Assembly: GCA_035084275.1 (NCBI GenBank)
Contig: CM068745.1
Span: forward strand, 82,708,001-82,772,000
DNA length: 64,000 bases
Reading direction: 5' to 3'
Source: Hydrolagus colliei
Taxonomy: Eukaryota
A program made the position numbers and the translations under genes. Positions within the stretch are counted from its first letter, which is position 1. Each line of letters begins with the position of its first letter. The notes under the pieces are model-generated. The model saw nothing but the letters and a program-made list of their open reading frames with translations. It ran no database searches and was not told the DNA's origin. This document shows positions 1 to 13,951 of the stretch, one piece after another.

Positions 1-200
1 TGTCTGTGTTCGGGTGATTGTGTGTGCATGCGGTGTGTGTGCATGTGTATGCAGTGTCCTTGTGCGGTGTGTGTGTAGAGGTTGTGTGCGGGTGTGTGTG
101 CAATGTGCACATGTATGTGGTGTGTGTGTGTAGAGGTGTGTGTGCATGTGTGCAGTATACGTGTGTATGCGCAGTGTGTGTGTGTGTGCGTGCGTGTGTG
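1..200. repeat. Degenerate (GT)n/(GTGC)n microsatellite
   Basis: Alternating tg/gt runs from base 1 to about 200; the Cys/Val-rich ORF 18..278 is a by-product. Confidence 0.85.
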
Positions 201-3200
201 AATAAAAGGGATGTTGTGGAAGGATATACCAAGAGCAGTAAGCCTGATTTGTCGACAGGACTTGGAGGGACAGACTAGCCATTTCTGCAGATAAATCTTC
301 CCATTCAGCTACTGTTAACCCTGTGAGCCAAAGCACTAGTGGCTATAGGATGATCCCAGTTAGATAAACGATGAGAAGCCTCGCTCTCAATAAAAACTAA
401 ACTCCCCACACTCTGTGACTCTCAACAACAATATGCGAGATATTCATTGACATTAGGTAAGTAGGGGTTCTGTCCCTCCAGGGATAAGAGTCTGTGTATT
501 GCTTTCCAGGTACAGGGAAATTCCCATATTCGGAGGCGCAATAATAATAATAATACTGGCATACAGCGCCGTATCGGGCCTTCGAGACGTCTCAAAGCGC
601 TTCGCAGAATATACCGTAAAGCGAATTGATTGGGATATCGTGCGGGGGCAGAGGAAACGCAGGCAGCGACTTCTCAGTCGGGTTCGGTAAATCTTTTAAG
701 CCCATTTTAATGGTTTTCCCGAATTAATGCCCAGCTGATCAGAAAGTAATAACGAGTGTGCGAGCAAGATTCTGGAAGCGCGGAGACAACGGGTGGAGAA
801 CATTACAGTCAGAAACTGTTTATCCGAGGCACCATTTTTCTTCATTGCCCCCAGTTAATTAAAATGACTGAATCTCCATTGTAAAGTAGTGTAGAATGGT
901 TCAATTCCATCGTGTCAGTTTCGGTTTCGAATTAATTTCATTTGATGGAATTAACGAGCAACTAGTGGTACTTAACTATTCACTTTTTCCCCTCCTTTTA
1001 AAGGAGCTTTTAAAAATAAGTAGTGTCTGTCCATGCAGTCTATAGCCTGATTAGGATGAATTGTTTTTTCCAGTTTTAAAGTTGCTCGAAAATAAACCAG
1101 TCACCTCCCCCCACCCACCCCGTTTGGGTTTCAGTTCTTTCCGGCCTTTGCCTCCGTGTCGTCTTGCAGGATTTTAAACACACACATTGGGGCTGCAGTA
1201 ACAACAGCTCCAGGTAAGGATGTGATCTAGAAGTGCACATCAGCGCCAGAGTTCTCTGTTGAAATTGTGCATTCACTTCGCAGGTCATCTTATCACTCCA
1301 GGCCTGAATTATGCCTCCTTGACACAGTGGTAAGACTCATTGACGTAAAGTGATTAGTAGCCCATGGACCTTTTGGAGAGCTATGTAACCAGTGGAGCTT
1401 AGTGTCCCCATTACCAAGGGCAGTAACCAACGAGCATCAATAATTAGTGGGGTGGGGGTGGGGGGGGGGGGGGGGGGAGATATTAACCCATATAACACAT
1501 CAGAATCTTCTGAATGTAATGTGCTTCACTATGTTCAGCTGAGATATTAACCGAGGTGTCCTCTGCCCTGTAGAGGAATCCAATGGATGTTACCCCCCCC
1601 AGCCCTCCACCCCTCCACCACCCCCAGTCCTCCACCCTCCCCCTCACCACCCTAATCCCTTGACAGTCCAGCACTTTGGGACGTCAACCTGATGTGAAAG
1701 GCACTCTACAAATGTAACTTATTAAGTTATTAAGCAGTGTTTCTGGTGTCCTGACCAATATTTCTCCCCGAGAGTTGACGTTGCAGTTTATCTGGATGTC
1801 GTTGAACTGGTGTGGGTTTACACAAAACTGGGGGAGAAGAGGTGTTAATGGTGAAGAACAGAGAGACAAGGGGGTGTCTGGAGTGATGATTGTAATGGGG
1901 GAGGGGGAACTCTTATGGTCTGAAGTCATAATCTCCACATGTCAATTCATTTTGTGCATTATTCCCCGTGGAATAATCCTGCACATCTCTTTCATTCTAG
2001 TCTGCCGTAGTTTGTTGTAGATTCGGCTACATAGGACATGAAATATGGGTACCAAAACACACACACACACACGCATACACAGAGAGGGTGTGTGAAAGGT
2101 CACACTGTACAGAGCATCATCAGTGAGTTCACTGTTTCCACTTCAAAACCAGTGATCAGTGAACTTGATTTGCAAAATGCGTTTGTGTTTGTGGTCGCAG
2201 TTTTGCGTCCACTGTAGAAGAACGCTGTGTTCAGCGCTGCTGTACGAATGTGAGTGTATCCCCATCATTAATACTGCCCTTGCATTAATATTTTTACACA
2301 TTTATATAATATTAATACTTGTGTGTTTCACCCACAAAATATACAGTCAATTCACTTTGCACTTCTGTGAAGCGCTTTGAGACGTCCATAAGACGTGAAA
2401 AGCACTATGTCAAATGCAAGGATTATTATTATTAATATTTATACTGAAATGTGGATAGTGCATTAAGGATTCTGTCCACATATCCTGTGGGGAATCCTGA
2501 GACACTGAAGCAAAGGTACTGATACCACAATTTTGCCATCAGCAGAAATTGTAACGAAAGACATTTTGTGACCCTAGATGCAGATGAAAATTTTTTAAAA
2601 TTACCTACTTTATAATGCAGGTTGCAGGCAAAGTAGTGAATGCGGTACCTGTATATATAAGACAAACCCAGCAAACCATTGATAGAAATCATTTGGGGAT
2701 CTGGGGTAAAAAGAATGATGTCTTCTATTGCTGTTCCACTGAGCTCATTCGGAAACTGGACAGGTGAAAATATAGTTTGTGTATGTGTGTGTGTTTGTTG
2801 CCAATCTATATTTGCCTTGGGGACGTCTTAATGATGTGAAAGATTCTATACAAATGTGATTCTGTATTCCAAAAATGTAACCCCCCCCCCCACACGAGAC
2901 CAATTTCAGAGATCCTCACAATGTTTCATTTGAAGACCCGAGGCTTCAAAACAGGGAGTGTTTTTGCTCAGCCGGTTCATGGATATTCCCAGAACGCCCC
3001 CACCCCCCCAAAAAAAAAATTATACTTGAGGATAACCAAACTATACTACTAATAGATCCACACGTACATGGAAATTTCCACTTGTTTCACAGTATTTGGA
3101 GAATTGCACAATGCTGAATTCCAGTACAATTTTCAGTGAATGCGTTAAATACAATGCAGTTAAGAGATTCATCCAAACGCATCTACCACACCACCCATTA

Positions 3201-4784
3201 GCCCTTCACTCTTTAAATGTCATGTATTTTGGTGGTGGAATAATTCTGTTTGTGTGTTGCAGGGGTGTAAGTGGGGTGGGGTGGGGGTTGAGTGGGGGGA
3301 GAATGTAGTTGATGAGTGAATGATATCTTTTCAGATGCTTCCAGAGCTTATTTTCACACTGGAGGTTTTCAACGGCTGCAGTCAAACTAAAATGTTCTCT
3401 TTACAGCGGCTACATTATTTTAGAATTTGTTTCAGGCAGCATTAAAGAGCCTGGTTGAATGACACATCTATATATATGTGTGTATATTAATAGATATATA
3501 TTTATAATCCTTGCATTTGATAATAGAGCCTTATCACGTCTTTGAGACATTTCAAAACACAGAAATGACTGTAAAGTGGGTTGATTGACTGTATATTTTT
3601 TGGGCTAAATATCTCTTAATCCACTTGATTAGGCACTGTTTTCATTAGGCAAGTGGCTTCAAACATCCCGCTCCGTACCATCATTCTGCAGTTCAACCTG
3701 GGGATTAATCAAAATCTGCTCATACAAGAGAGACATTGGCAATCTCAGTACAGTTCGATCCCGTCTCTCCGACTTGCACTTTTTAACGGCAAATTTGAAT
3801 TTCAAAGAGGAAATGGCTTAGATGTTTAAAGTCCCTGCTAAAAAAAAATACCATTTGCATCCTTTTTAAAGTTTGCCAAATTTGACTTTGGACATCTTGA
3901 CACATTCAGAGCGGTTGCCTCATAAACAACGTATCTTAAGTACGTATAGTCATATACCACCTGCAGTGACTAACTTTTATTTCATAAGCGTCCAAATAAA
4001 GCTTCCATCTTTCCATCTACTTATCGCGACGCCAACTAAGATACTGTGCAAGCTTTAGAGCTTTGTTATCAAATCCCGCAGATCATAATCTGGTCGGATT
4101 CAATCAGCTAAGTGCGAACAAAGAATTGGTTTCAAAGCACGATAGCTAAAACTGCATCTGTTATTCAGTTTGCTTCAGGCTGAGAGATATTGGAAGCAAA
4201 ATCGACAGGGTTATAAATCAAGTCTCCCAAATGCTCTATTCACAAATGTATTTATTTACTTAGTTACAGCAGCAGAAAATCACTCCCACTTTGGCATTTC
4301 CACGTTATATAGTTAGTTACTATAGGTGGTTAGACTGAATAGCAATCCTTCTGACAGTTGGATACTAGCCCTCTTACCTTGTAATGGGTACCAATATAAT
4401 CCTAGCATTTGATGTAGCACCTTTCATTACTTCACTGAACAGTAAAGTGAATTGACTGTTTTGTGCAGCAGCCAATTGCGCACAGCAGTGTCCCATAAAC
4501 GTTAAGTGGATTAAATAACAAAATTATTTTACATTTTTGAAGGAATTATTATTACCCCTGGAAAATCGACTTAACAACTGGGCTCCTGCTTACTGCTGCG
4601 TAAACAGAGGCGTGTGAAGTCAGGAAACTTACCCAGTGTTTTGCCTTGCCCGGGAATCGAACCTGGGTCCTTTCCTCTCGCTTGCGAGGCAAGTGCTCTA
4701 ACCCCTAAGCTCCAAGCATCACCCCCCCCAACCCCCAGGAGTGATATAGGAAGCGATTTTGCTCCTGAACTAGACTAGAAAAAT

Positions 4785-4974
4785 ATCTGAAACAAAAACA
4801 GAAGTTGCTGGGGACACTCAGCAGGTCAGGCAGCATCCATGGAGAGAGGAAAAAGAGTCAACGTTTCGGGTCTACAACCCTTCGTAGACCCGAAACGTTG
4901 ACTCTTTTTCCTTTCTCCATGGATGCTGCCTGACCTGCTGAGTGTCCCCAGCAACTTCTGTTTTTGTTTCAGAT
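4785..4974. mobile_element. Inverted pair of Penelope-like element terminal fragments forming a long hairpin
   Basis: Arms 4785-4875 and 4884-4974 are reverse complements with 1 mismatch seen (ggagagagg vs ggagaaagg) and an 8-nt loop aacccttc. The sequence matches the 3' end of the PLE at 25620-25760. Confidence 0.85.
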
Positions 4975-7603
4975 TCCCAGCATCTGTAGTATTTTGTGTT
5001 GTGTTTCGAAAAATATCTGCTGCGTTAAGAGAACTTGAAATATCCATTCACGTTGTGAATTGCGGGTCTGAAATATTTTATTTCAGGAACTTGGGCATTG
5101 AGCCATTATATTCTATATTGGGGAAAAAAAAATCATTTCTTTCAGTGAAACCAGAATGTGGCACTTTGTGTGATTTAGGTAGAATGATTTTAAAAGATCA
5201 GTTTGCCCTTGTAGCTGGGGGCAACGCGGCCGACAGCTGGGAAATCCGTTGGAATCTGTGTCGCCGAGCAAAATACCACACAACCGGCAAGTAGATTTTA
5301 ATCGCGGCCTCCTTATAATTAATGGAGATTACATTAGACAATATTTAATGTTGGATGAAATAATAAAAAACGCTATTCAGCCAGAACTGACGCTTGCATT
5401 TTCGCATGGTCTCACCCATGAGAGCTTTGACACTAATGTATAACTTAAAAGTTGTGTGTCCCAATTATTTTCTAATTTTCTCCCAGTGGTGCGCAGTATA
5501 TCACTGCGTCTGATGCCAGGCCAACTTTTGCTGAAGTGCAGTTCTGCTGGTGCTGACCATGTCTCTCCACTACCCCTTTCAAGCAACCGCTGTGTGAGGC
5601 TGGTCAGGGAGTGATATCACCGTTGAGCCTGGCCTCTCAGTGACCCAATGTGACTTTAACCCTGCTGGGGGAAGGCCAAGGCCAATGTAGCTTCACTGTG
5701 TGTGTGTGTGTATATGTATGTGTGTGGAGTAAGGAAACTTGCCCTGACCTGCCTGGATTCGAAACACAGGTCTCTCACGTTTGCAAGGCGAGTGCTCTAA
5801 CCCACTGAGCCACAGGCTGTTTATACAATATGACACAACATTGGGCAGAGATGTTAACGAAACGATGTTGACTTGAATCCCAGCAGGAATTCTGCAGAGC
5901 AGGAGTTTGTGAAGCTGCTGGACAGTATTTAAATTCCCACTCTTAACAGTTTGTTATGCTTAGGTAGGTTACTGTGAGTTAAGAGTTTGGATGATGTTGT
6001 GATTAGTGGATTAGGCTGTCACGGTTTCCCTCTCAGCTTCAATATAATAATATATATAATATATAATCAAATTCCTTGCATTTGATATGAAGCCTTATCA
6101 TGTCTTTGAGACGTCTCAAAGTGCTTACTTAAGGTGAGGGCTTGGCCATATGCGTCTGGTGAAGAACGATACGATGGACGGGCGCAATTATTGGCAGAGC
6201 TCCTGAGGAAGGAAGTGGGTCAAGGTGTGGGAAGCAGAGACTTAATAATAATAATAATAATCCTTGCATTTGATTTAGCGCCTTTCACGTCTTATAGACG
6301 TCTTGATGCGTTTCACAGAATATACTGTATTGACTGCATATATATGTGGGCGAAATGCGGCAGCCAATTGCGTACAGCAGTGTTCCCCCCCCCCCCCCCC
6401 CCCCCACCACCACAAACAGTCATGGGTTGGAACAACCAATTTTTATTATTGTGTGTGTTTTTTTGTTTGAGAGATTATTATTAGGCGTGTGGAGTAAGGA
6501 ATCTTGCCGAAGGTTTCACCCTGACCTGACCTGACTTTCCCCCAGCTATTCCTACTCTCCCACTCCCCCCACCCCACCCTCCCACTATCACAGACTGTGT
6601 TTATTCATCTACTATGGTCAGATATTATTCTACTACGGTCAGACAGCTCCATTTGTCATTTACGCCCGCTCAATGGGAACATTTTGCTGCAAAGCTGATG
6701 TGATGTAAAATTGGATAATTGGAAGGAATAATTGGAGGAAATAATAAAAAAAATCTGAGGATAATTGTACAGAACGCCACTGGACTTACACTAGAATTCA
6801 GCACTTAACACAACACTGAAATAAACAGGCATTTTCCAGCTGACGCACAACGATACGTAAGACGCTGGGAAAGTCAGATTGTCTCTGTTTGGGCAGACAG
6901 CTCTTGTTTTTGTTATTTTTCTGTTGATATTTTCTATGTACCAGTAGTGCACGTTACTAAAGGATTTGATTTGTGCTGTGACTGTTTTTTCAATGTGTAA
7001 TTTCAAATGTGTGATGTGCTGCGTTTCACATTGTCAATTACGTTCTTAATAAAACAGTGAGACTTGGAAGAAAAACCCCAAATAGATCTTTCTGTGTGTG
7101 GGTGGGGTGGGTATGTGGGTGGGGTGGGGGGTGGGTGGGGGTGGGGGGAAGCGTCAGTAGCATGGGCCATGAGACAAAATGTGGTAACGAAACCCTTTTT
7201 ATTTGCCGCCTTATCAAAAGCTGAAGGTGTGTACTGGCAACTCTCGGGCAGCAGCTACGAGCCAAAGTTTGGTGCGTTTTTTCTTCTTCAACAACAACAA
7301 CAACAACTCTGATTGATATAGCGCCCTCCACGCCAGACAGTGTCTCAGAGCGCTTCGTCTCAATCAACAGCGAGAGAGAGAAAAAAAAATGCCTGAACAA
7401 TGTGTGTGTGTGTGTATGTGTCCCACCGCCGGCAAGAGACAATTGTTCAGAGGAAGAGGATGGTAAATAGCTGCGGTGTTGATGAACCACTGCCACACGA
7501 ATCAACGGCCCCCAAGGCCATTCCCACCTTCAGGTTTACGAACACGCTGCAGCGCATTTCATTTTTCTGGTTGGTTTTCTGGCTCGCTTTTTCCCCCCCC
7601 ACC

Positions 7604-7641
<38 letters not shown>

Positions 7642-8852
7642 GGCCTGGCTAGATTCCCAAGGTAGGTTTTCATTCGATCTTTGCAGCGTGTCGTAACACT
7701 TTTGTCCTCCCATTTGCCGGCGTCTGCTGCGCCAGCCTTTCTTCCGCAGAGCCATTGGCTTTCCCATTAGCTTCTGTGGTCATCACAAGGTCTTCAGTTT
7801 TTTCTAAATTGGTTGAATTTATCTGTTTTAATGTGATTTGGGCACTGCTACTCAGGGTTTAACCTTTGCTTTTCAGTCTCGCGCATCGAGTTAATGTAAT
7901 TTTACAAGAGGCTGCTGTCACGGCCAATTATCCTCCGTTAAATATCGCGCAGAATTCCATTTGCAAATTTACATCTATATCGTGCCTTTCACATTCAGGG
8001 AATGGCACAAGGTCCTGGACTCGAAAAGTCCTGGACTCTTCCGTAAATGCTTGGCTCTCAAAGTATTATTTTCACATACAGAGGTCATTCAGCCGATCAA
8101 GTCTGTGTCATAGTTACCCGTCTTTCTGAATTCCTTTTTTCATAAGAAACTAATCCCGCTTTTCCAGTTCTCCCCCCATATCCCTTACAACAACAACAAC
8201 AACAACATTACCCTTGTATAGATAGTGCCTTTCATGTCAGGAGGACGTCCCAAGGCGCTGGACAGTCAGATGTTTCAGACCCGAGCTGGGGTCGGGGATG
8301 GGGAGGGTGGGCGGGAGGGAGGGAGGGATCAACCCATTGATTGAGAGAAGCTTCCCCTTTAATCTCACCTTTCATTTTTCTGAAGAAGAAAATAAACCTA
8401 GGAAGTGCATTTGACTTTTACGAATAGCTTTCTGTAGATGTTGGTTGGATTGTTAGTAAATTAAGACAAATCACTGCTGGAAAACCTTGAGCAAACAATG
8501 ACAGCTGTTGAGCAACTGAGAAATCCTTGCCAAGTTGAAGCGAAGGTGGATGAAAGACTGAATTCCCTGGCTTCTAATTAAACCAAGGTGTTATTCTATC
8601 CCTTCTTTCCATTTCAGCTTTTTCAAACACCCAATTATTCATGAATGCCAGGGAATCAAAAAAGATTCAAAGTCCACGGAATCCACACTACCATTTAAAA
8701 CCTCCATGAGGTTCTTCGTTTTTAAGCACTTGGGATGCTTAAAGGAGACAATGTTATTTGGAGCTGTCAGTCATAAAGTTGCATTTGGAATTCAGGGACG
8801 CACACACACAGCGCAGAGAGACACCTTTGCGATCGTTCAAATGCATCCCAGT

Positions 8853-8911
8853 TATAGAATCATAGAATTTTACGGCACAAAAGGAGGCCATTCGGCCCAT
8901 CTAGTCTGTGC
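8853..8911 (-). mobile_element. CR1 LINE 3' tail fragment
   Basis: atagaatcatagaattttacggcacaaaaggaggccattcggcccatctagtctgtgccgg is the reverse complement of the CR1 tail at 40170-40230. Confidence 0.8.
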
Positions 8912-10234
8912 CGGTTACTTAAGTATACTATAGTTACTTAAGTCTTTGAAGCATCCTCAATAATAACAGGGAGACATTGTTTTTGTCGTTGCAGACTGTA
9001 CCAATCATTTTTTCTAAAAAAAAAAACAAACTTCATATAGAAATAAAAGGAACATGGAGCAGCGCAGAAACAGTCCATTTAGCGCAAGTATTCCCTTTTC
9101 ACATGAGCCTGATAAATAAACAATTTATTTATCAGAAACAAAAACAGAAGTGGCTGGGAACACTCAGCAGGTCAGGCAGCATCTATGGAGAGCAGGAAAA
9201 GTATTGGGGATCCACGACCCACCCTTCGCTTTGTCCGAGCCGAGGCACGATGAGGGAGGGAGAAGGCTTTAAAAGATTGTTAGAGAGGCAGGGCAAGGGA
9301 GAACACAGGAGAAAATGAGTGCAGAGGGCCGGTGGATGATGGGTTAACAGAGGTGTTAATGTTGTGAAACCAAAGGGGGAATTGTAACAAAACTGAAGAG
9401 GAGAGGAGTTAATGACGTGAAAACAAAGCGGGAGGTCTCAGGGTGGGGCGAGGTCGGGGAAGGCTTTAAATGTGAGGAAGTTAACCTCATCGTCTGCGGA
9501 CGATGTCACCAAGTGGGAGCGTGTAGATGATTAAAAAGTAAGAGGCAAGTTTCCTTACTCCACACACACGAAATCCCTCACATAGTACTCCCTCAAAAAA
9601 AACACAACACTAATGAATCGGTCATTTCAATCCGCGACTGTTTGTGGGAGGCGCAATTGGCTGCCACGTTTCGCCCACAAGTACATACAGTCGATTCACT
9701 TTACAGTGTATTCTGTGAAGCGCTTTCAGACACTGTCTAGAAGACGTGAAAAGCTGCAAGGATTATTATTCTTATTCTCCGGGTAAAAATCAATGAATTC
9801 CTCCTGAATACTGCCCTGAAAGTATTCTTTGCGAACCTTGAAATCTGTGCCTTCTTGATCAGTCAGTGACAATTTCCTCTTCTTTAAAGTATCCCCCCTT
9901 TGCCCACGTAAGCGTGTTTGTTCCACTGTATCTGAAAGATGATTACTTTGGCGCTGGCAGATTATTTTTTATTTTTAAAAATTGACACCGAGTAATGTCT
10001 CGGAGTGAGGGAAAGAAAGACGAGCGACGAGCGGGAGAGGACTTTGATGAAAGCGTCAGATTTTCAAATGTGTCTGAGGCTCGATCACCGACAGGAATCT
10101 GTGAGCACCAGATCAAACACAAACACTACATCTGTAAAACTCGAGGGGTGGAGTGGGGGGGTGGGGGCTGGGAATCTGTGACGTTTTTACCAATTTCTGC
10201 CACCCTCCAAGGCACGGCTAAACAACAACAACTT

Positions 10235-10745
10235 TGATTTATTTCGCTGCCCTCACTCATGTCTCGGAGTGTTTCACAACAGCAGATCCCAGGACCGAGC
10301 CAGGGGCAGGGGGGAGAGAGGTGACCAAAGGCGCGGTCGAAGAGAAAGGTCTTCAGCTGGGACCTGAAACTGGGAAGAGAGGGAGGGGGCGGGGCGAAAG
10401 GAGTGAGGAAGGGAGTTCCAGAGCCTCAGGGTGGAGGGGATAGTGGCTGAAGGCACGGCCGCCGAGGGTGGAGCGGAGGATTCGGGAGGGACGTGGAGGA
10501 GGCCAGACCCAGAGGAGCAAAGGCAGCGGATGCTGGGTTGAGGAAAGAGGAGGTCGGAGAGGTAAGTGGGGTACAGAGGAGTGGAGGGATTTGAAAACAA
10601 AGGTGAGGGATATTGAAGGATCGATCTTGTAGGATCTTGAAGGTGAGGGATCGATCCTCTCAGGGAGAGAGAGCCAGTGAAGTCTGGCGAGGACTGGGGT
10701 AATGGGGGAGCGAAGCTTGGTGGGGGTTTTCTTACTACTGTGTTG
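10235..10745 (-). mobile_element. L2 LINE 3' fragment (RT C-terminus plus tail), decayed
   Basis: Minus-strand frames give PITPVLARLHWLS..., [20 protein letters not shown], which align by eye to the end of the L2 ORF at 36617-37573. Confidence 0.8.
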
Positions 10746-11344
10746 AAGTGAAACAAACTGCATTGTATTTAAAATCCCAGGCGTTGATATTTTCTTTGAA
10801 GCTTTTGGTAATACAGTATAAGCCATCCTTTCATCTCCCTTACTTCTCCTTAGCACATAAAATCTGATTTTAATTGGATCTGCTGTGTGAGGGCAGCTTT
10901 TAACCATTGCCAGCCTATGCCAACGTTTCGACTTCACAATTGTGAGGAGACACGCGTATCTTAGCCCCCGAGCTAACCGTGATATTCTGAAACTGTGCGA
11001 GTTGATTTCAGATGCTGATTGTGAGAATCAATCAATCAATCAATCAATCAACCAACCAACCAGCCAACCAACAATCAATCAATCAATCAAAACTTACATT
11101 TATTAGTGTCTATATTTATATAGAATACTGCAGGGATGGATGTATTCCTGGTTAGATTTCTAAACTAGGGCCGATCGTCACTGAGCAAACTGTGTTTTTG
11201 GGGTGATTTTTGAGAGCTGCTCAACATGTGTCAATTTCAAGCCTTCTATCAAGCTTGTCCGCCTCAGTCAGACCCAAACTTGGTCTTAAATGCCCCCAGA
11301 ACAAGGGACGGAAGCTGACATACACAAAACACGCAAAACACTGC

Positions 11345-11485
11345 ACGGCAGATGCTGGAAATCTGAAAAAAAAAACAGAAGTCGCCGGGAAAACGCAGCA
11401 GGTCAGGCAGCATCTATGGAGGTTCTCACAAAGGGTCGTGGAACCCGAAACGTTGACTCACTTTTCCTTTCTCTCTGGATGAGTT
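11345..11485. mobile_element. Inverted pair of Penelope-like terminal fragments, degenerate
   Basis: Minus-orientation tail (gatgctggaaatctgaaa...cagcaggtcaggcagcatctatgga) joined to plus-orientation gggtcgtggaacccgaaacgttgactc. Confidence 0.65.
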
Positions 11486-12264
11486 CTGTTTTTGACGGAC
11501 GCTGACGTAGCCGGTGAGATCCCTGAGTAGCATTTCGCGTGGAGCTCTCCGTCATACAGACATCAGGAGAGAGAAATTAGTTATCATTTCCTTACAACCC
11601 CCCCCACCCCCCAAATCCTCACCCCCCCCCCCCCCCCCACCCTCAAACCCACAGTTGAATAGCTTTCTACCAATACCCCACCCACTAACCAGCTCAGGGG
11701 TGAATAATTCTTATTAATATTTCCCATTATTATCAATATTGGGCAAGTTTCCTCACTCCACACATGCGCCTAATAATAATCCGTCCAGAAAAGCACAACA
11801 ATAAAAAAATGGGGTCATTTTCAATCCATGCCGGTTTGTGGGGGTGGACGCAATTCGCTGCCGCGATTCGCCCACAAATATACAGTCAATTCACTTTACA
11901 GTATGTTCTGTGAAGCGCTTTGAGACGTCGAATAAGAAGCGAAAGGCGCTATGTATCAAATGCAAGGATTATTATTATTATTATAGTATTGTTGTTATAG
12001 TTATCCCTTCCAGCCGACAAAAGTCTGGCCTCTGTTGCTGTGAGGCAGAGCTCCAACAGGCCCCGGGTGAAATCAGGGCCGTATTTCATTAAAATGCTCA
12101 AACGTTCGTTACAATCTTCGAATTTAACGGCTATTGTTTTCAGGAAAAGTTCTTTTTTAAAAAAGTTTCTTTTCCATCCGTCACTTCAAAAGCTGTCACA
12201 TGGCACCCCCTGGTGTTCAGTTCTGGTCACCAACGAGAATAAACCCAGCCTCTAGACTTTCCTC

Positions 12265-12695
12265 ATAGGTGCCAGAAATGAGGGACTTCAGCTATGAGGA
12301 GAAGCTAGAGACGCTAGGTTTATTCTCATTGGAAAAGAGAAGGTTACGAGGAGACCTAATAGAGGTTTTCAAGATCATGAGGGGATTCGACAGAGTAATA
12401 CACAGGGAAAGACTGTTTCCACTGGTGGGCGAGTCAGTGACTCGTGGTCACAGATTTAAAACAGTGTCTAAAAGAAGCAGAGGGGAGCTGAGGAGAAATG
12501 TTGTCACTCTCAGCGGGTTGTTGGAATCTGGAATGCATTGCCTGAAAAGGTGGTGGAGGCCGATTCCATAACAGCTTTTAAAAGAGAGGTAGACGTTTAT
12601 TTGGGGAGGATGGGTTTGCGAGGTTAAGGGAAGAGAGAGAGAGAACTGGGCAGTGGGATTAAATTGCTCTTTTCAATGAGCCGGCGCAGACTCGA
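12265..12695 (+). mobile_element. CR1 LINE 3' fragment
   Basis: ORF 12269..12571 ([37 protein letters not shown]...TRGHRFK) is the typical CR1 ORF2 C-terminus and is paralogous to 39770-40150. Confidence 0.9.
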
Positions 12696-13951
12696 TGTTT
12701 ATCAACACGAAATTGAGCGCACGATGTCTAGGTTTCCGTGCGAGGGTGGCGTATACATGACTGACTGAGTTTCACCCTGTTTCACACTGTTATACACACA
12801 ACACGCAACAGACATTGGATTGGTTAAATATAATGTGCAGGTGGCTGCACTTTGCTTCGCCCACTTCTCCAAATTCCAATTTCCCCAAACACATTTTTAA
12901 TTTGATTTCTAAAGCGAAAAAAAAATCCCCAATCCTTGTTGGTCTAACGAGGTAGCATTCTGCCTGAGGCCTAATGCTTAAAATTTTCATCTGGATCCAA
13001 TCTATAAAATCCAGCTCATACAGAACTCTGCATTCTCACCCGCACCAAGCTTCCCTCCCCCGTTACCCCAGGCCTTGCCAGACTTCACTGGCTCCGATTA
13101 ATAATAATAATCCTTGTATTTGAGATAGTGCCTTATCATGTTATTGAAACATCTGATGTCACAGGACATACTGTGAAGTGGATTGACAGTATACAAGAAG
13201 CCGATAATAATTATATTATATTTAGTATAGCGCCTTTCACATTGCAAGGATGTCCCAAAGTGCTTCACCGGATACACTGTACAGTGAAGTGACTGTGTTT
13301 TGTGGGTAGATGCCAGGCAGCTTTGCTGGCTGGGGGATGCTCTGCATTGTTGAAGATACTATTTACTTTCGTTCACAGAGTGAATTTTTGCAAAGCCGCT
13401 GTGAAATGATATCTCTGTTTGACACAACAGGTAATCAGGTTGAAAATTCTCAGAAGCATATGTGAAACAGTGAGTTACTGTACTTTAAAGGCAAACCATA
13501 TGGGACAAATTGGGTTGATCCAAGCCCATATGGGCCCCACATGGGCTGGCTACCCGGGAATTTGCGGTGAGCAATCCCTGGCAGCGGCATTTTGTTTTCA
13601 CACCGAGCGATCAGATTGAACCAACAATGAGATGTGATGAAATTTGACGGTGGAGATTATTAGCCGAGAGACTTTGAATCTCATTCGCCTGCTTCAGAAC
13701 CCACTTCAGAAAGCCACCAGATCTTTTGTTGAGGAGACGAGAATAAAAAATTGGTCGTTTTCAATCCACGACTCTTTCTGTGTGTGTGTGTGTTTCGCCC
13801 ACAAATATATATATACATAAATATACAGTCAATTCACTTTACTGTGAAGAGCTTTGAGACGTTGATAAGATACGAAAAGCTGCTACATCAAATGCAAGGA
13901 TTATTATTTTGATTATTACTGTATTATTACTTTGTGTGATGATGAAGCTGC

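Noticed and set aside
1170-1213. 44-nt segment bounded by strong AG/GT sites (plus a donor at 457)
   Set aside because: No recognisable protein and no consistent exon chain; it could be a non-coding exon but is unsupported without RNA data.
7425-7520. Signal-peptide-like first exon on the minus strand (MALGAV...LFTILFL*TIVSCR), reminiscent of a PTGFRN-type leader
   Set aside because: It has an in-frame stop and the wrong donor phase, and no downstream exon was found in the window.
9770-9935. Open minus-strand frame after a good acceptor (DTVEQTRLRG...EEFIDFYPENK)
   Set aside because: No recognisable homology, no partner exons, and it runs into a SINE tail.
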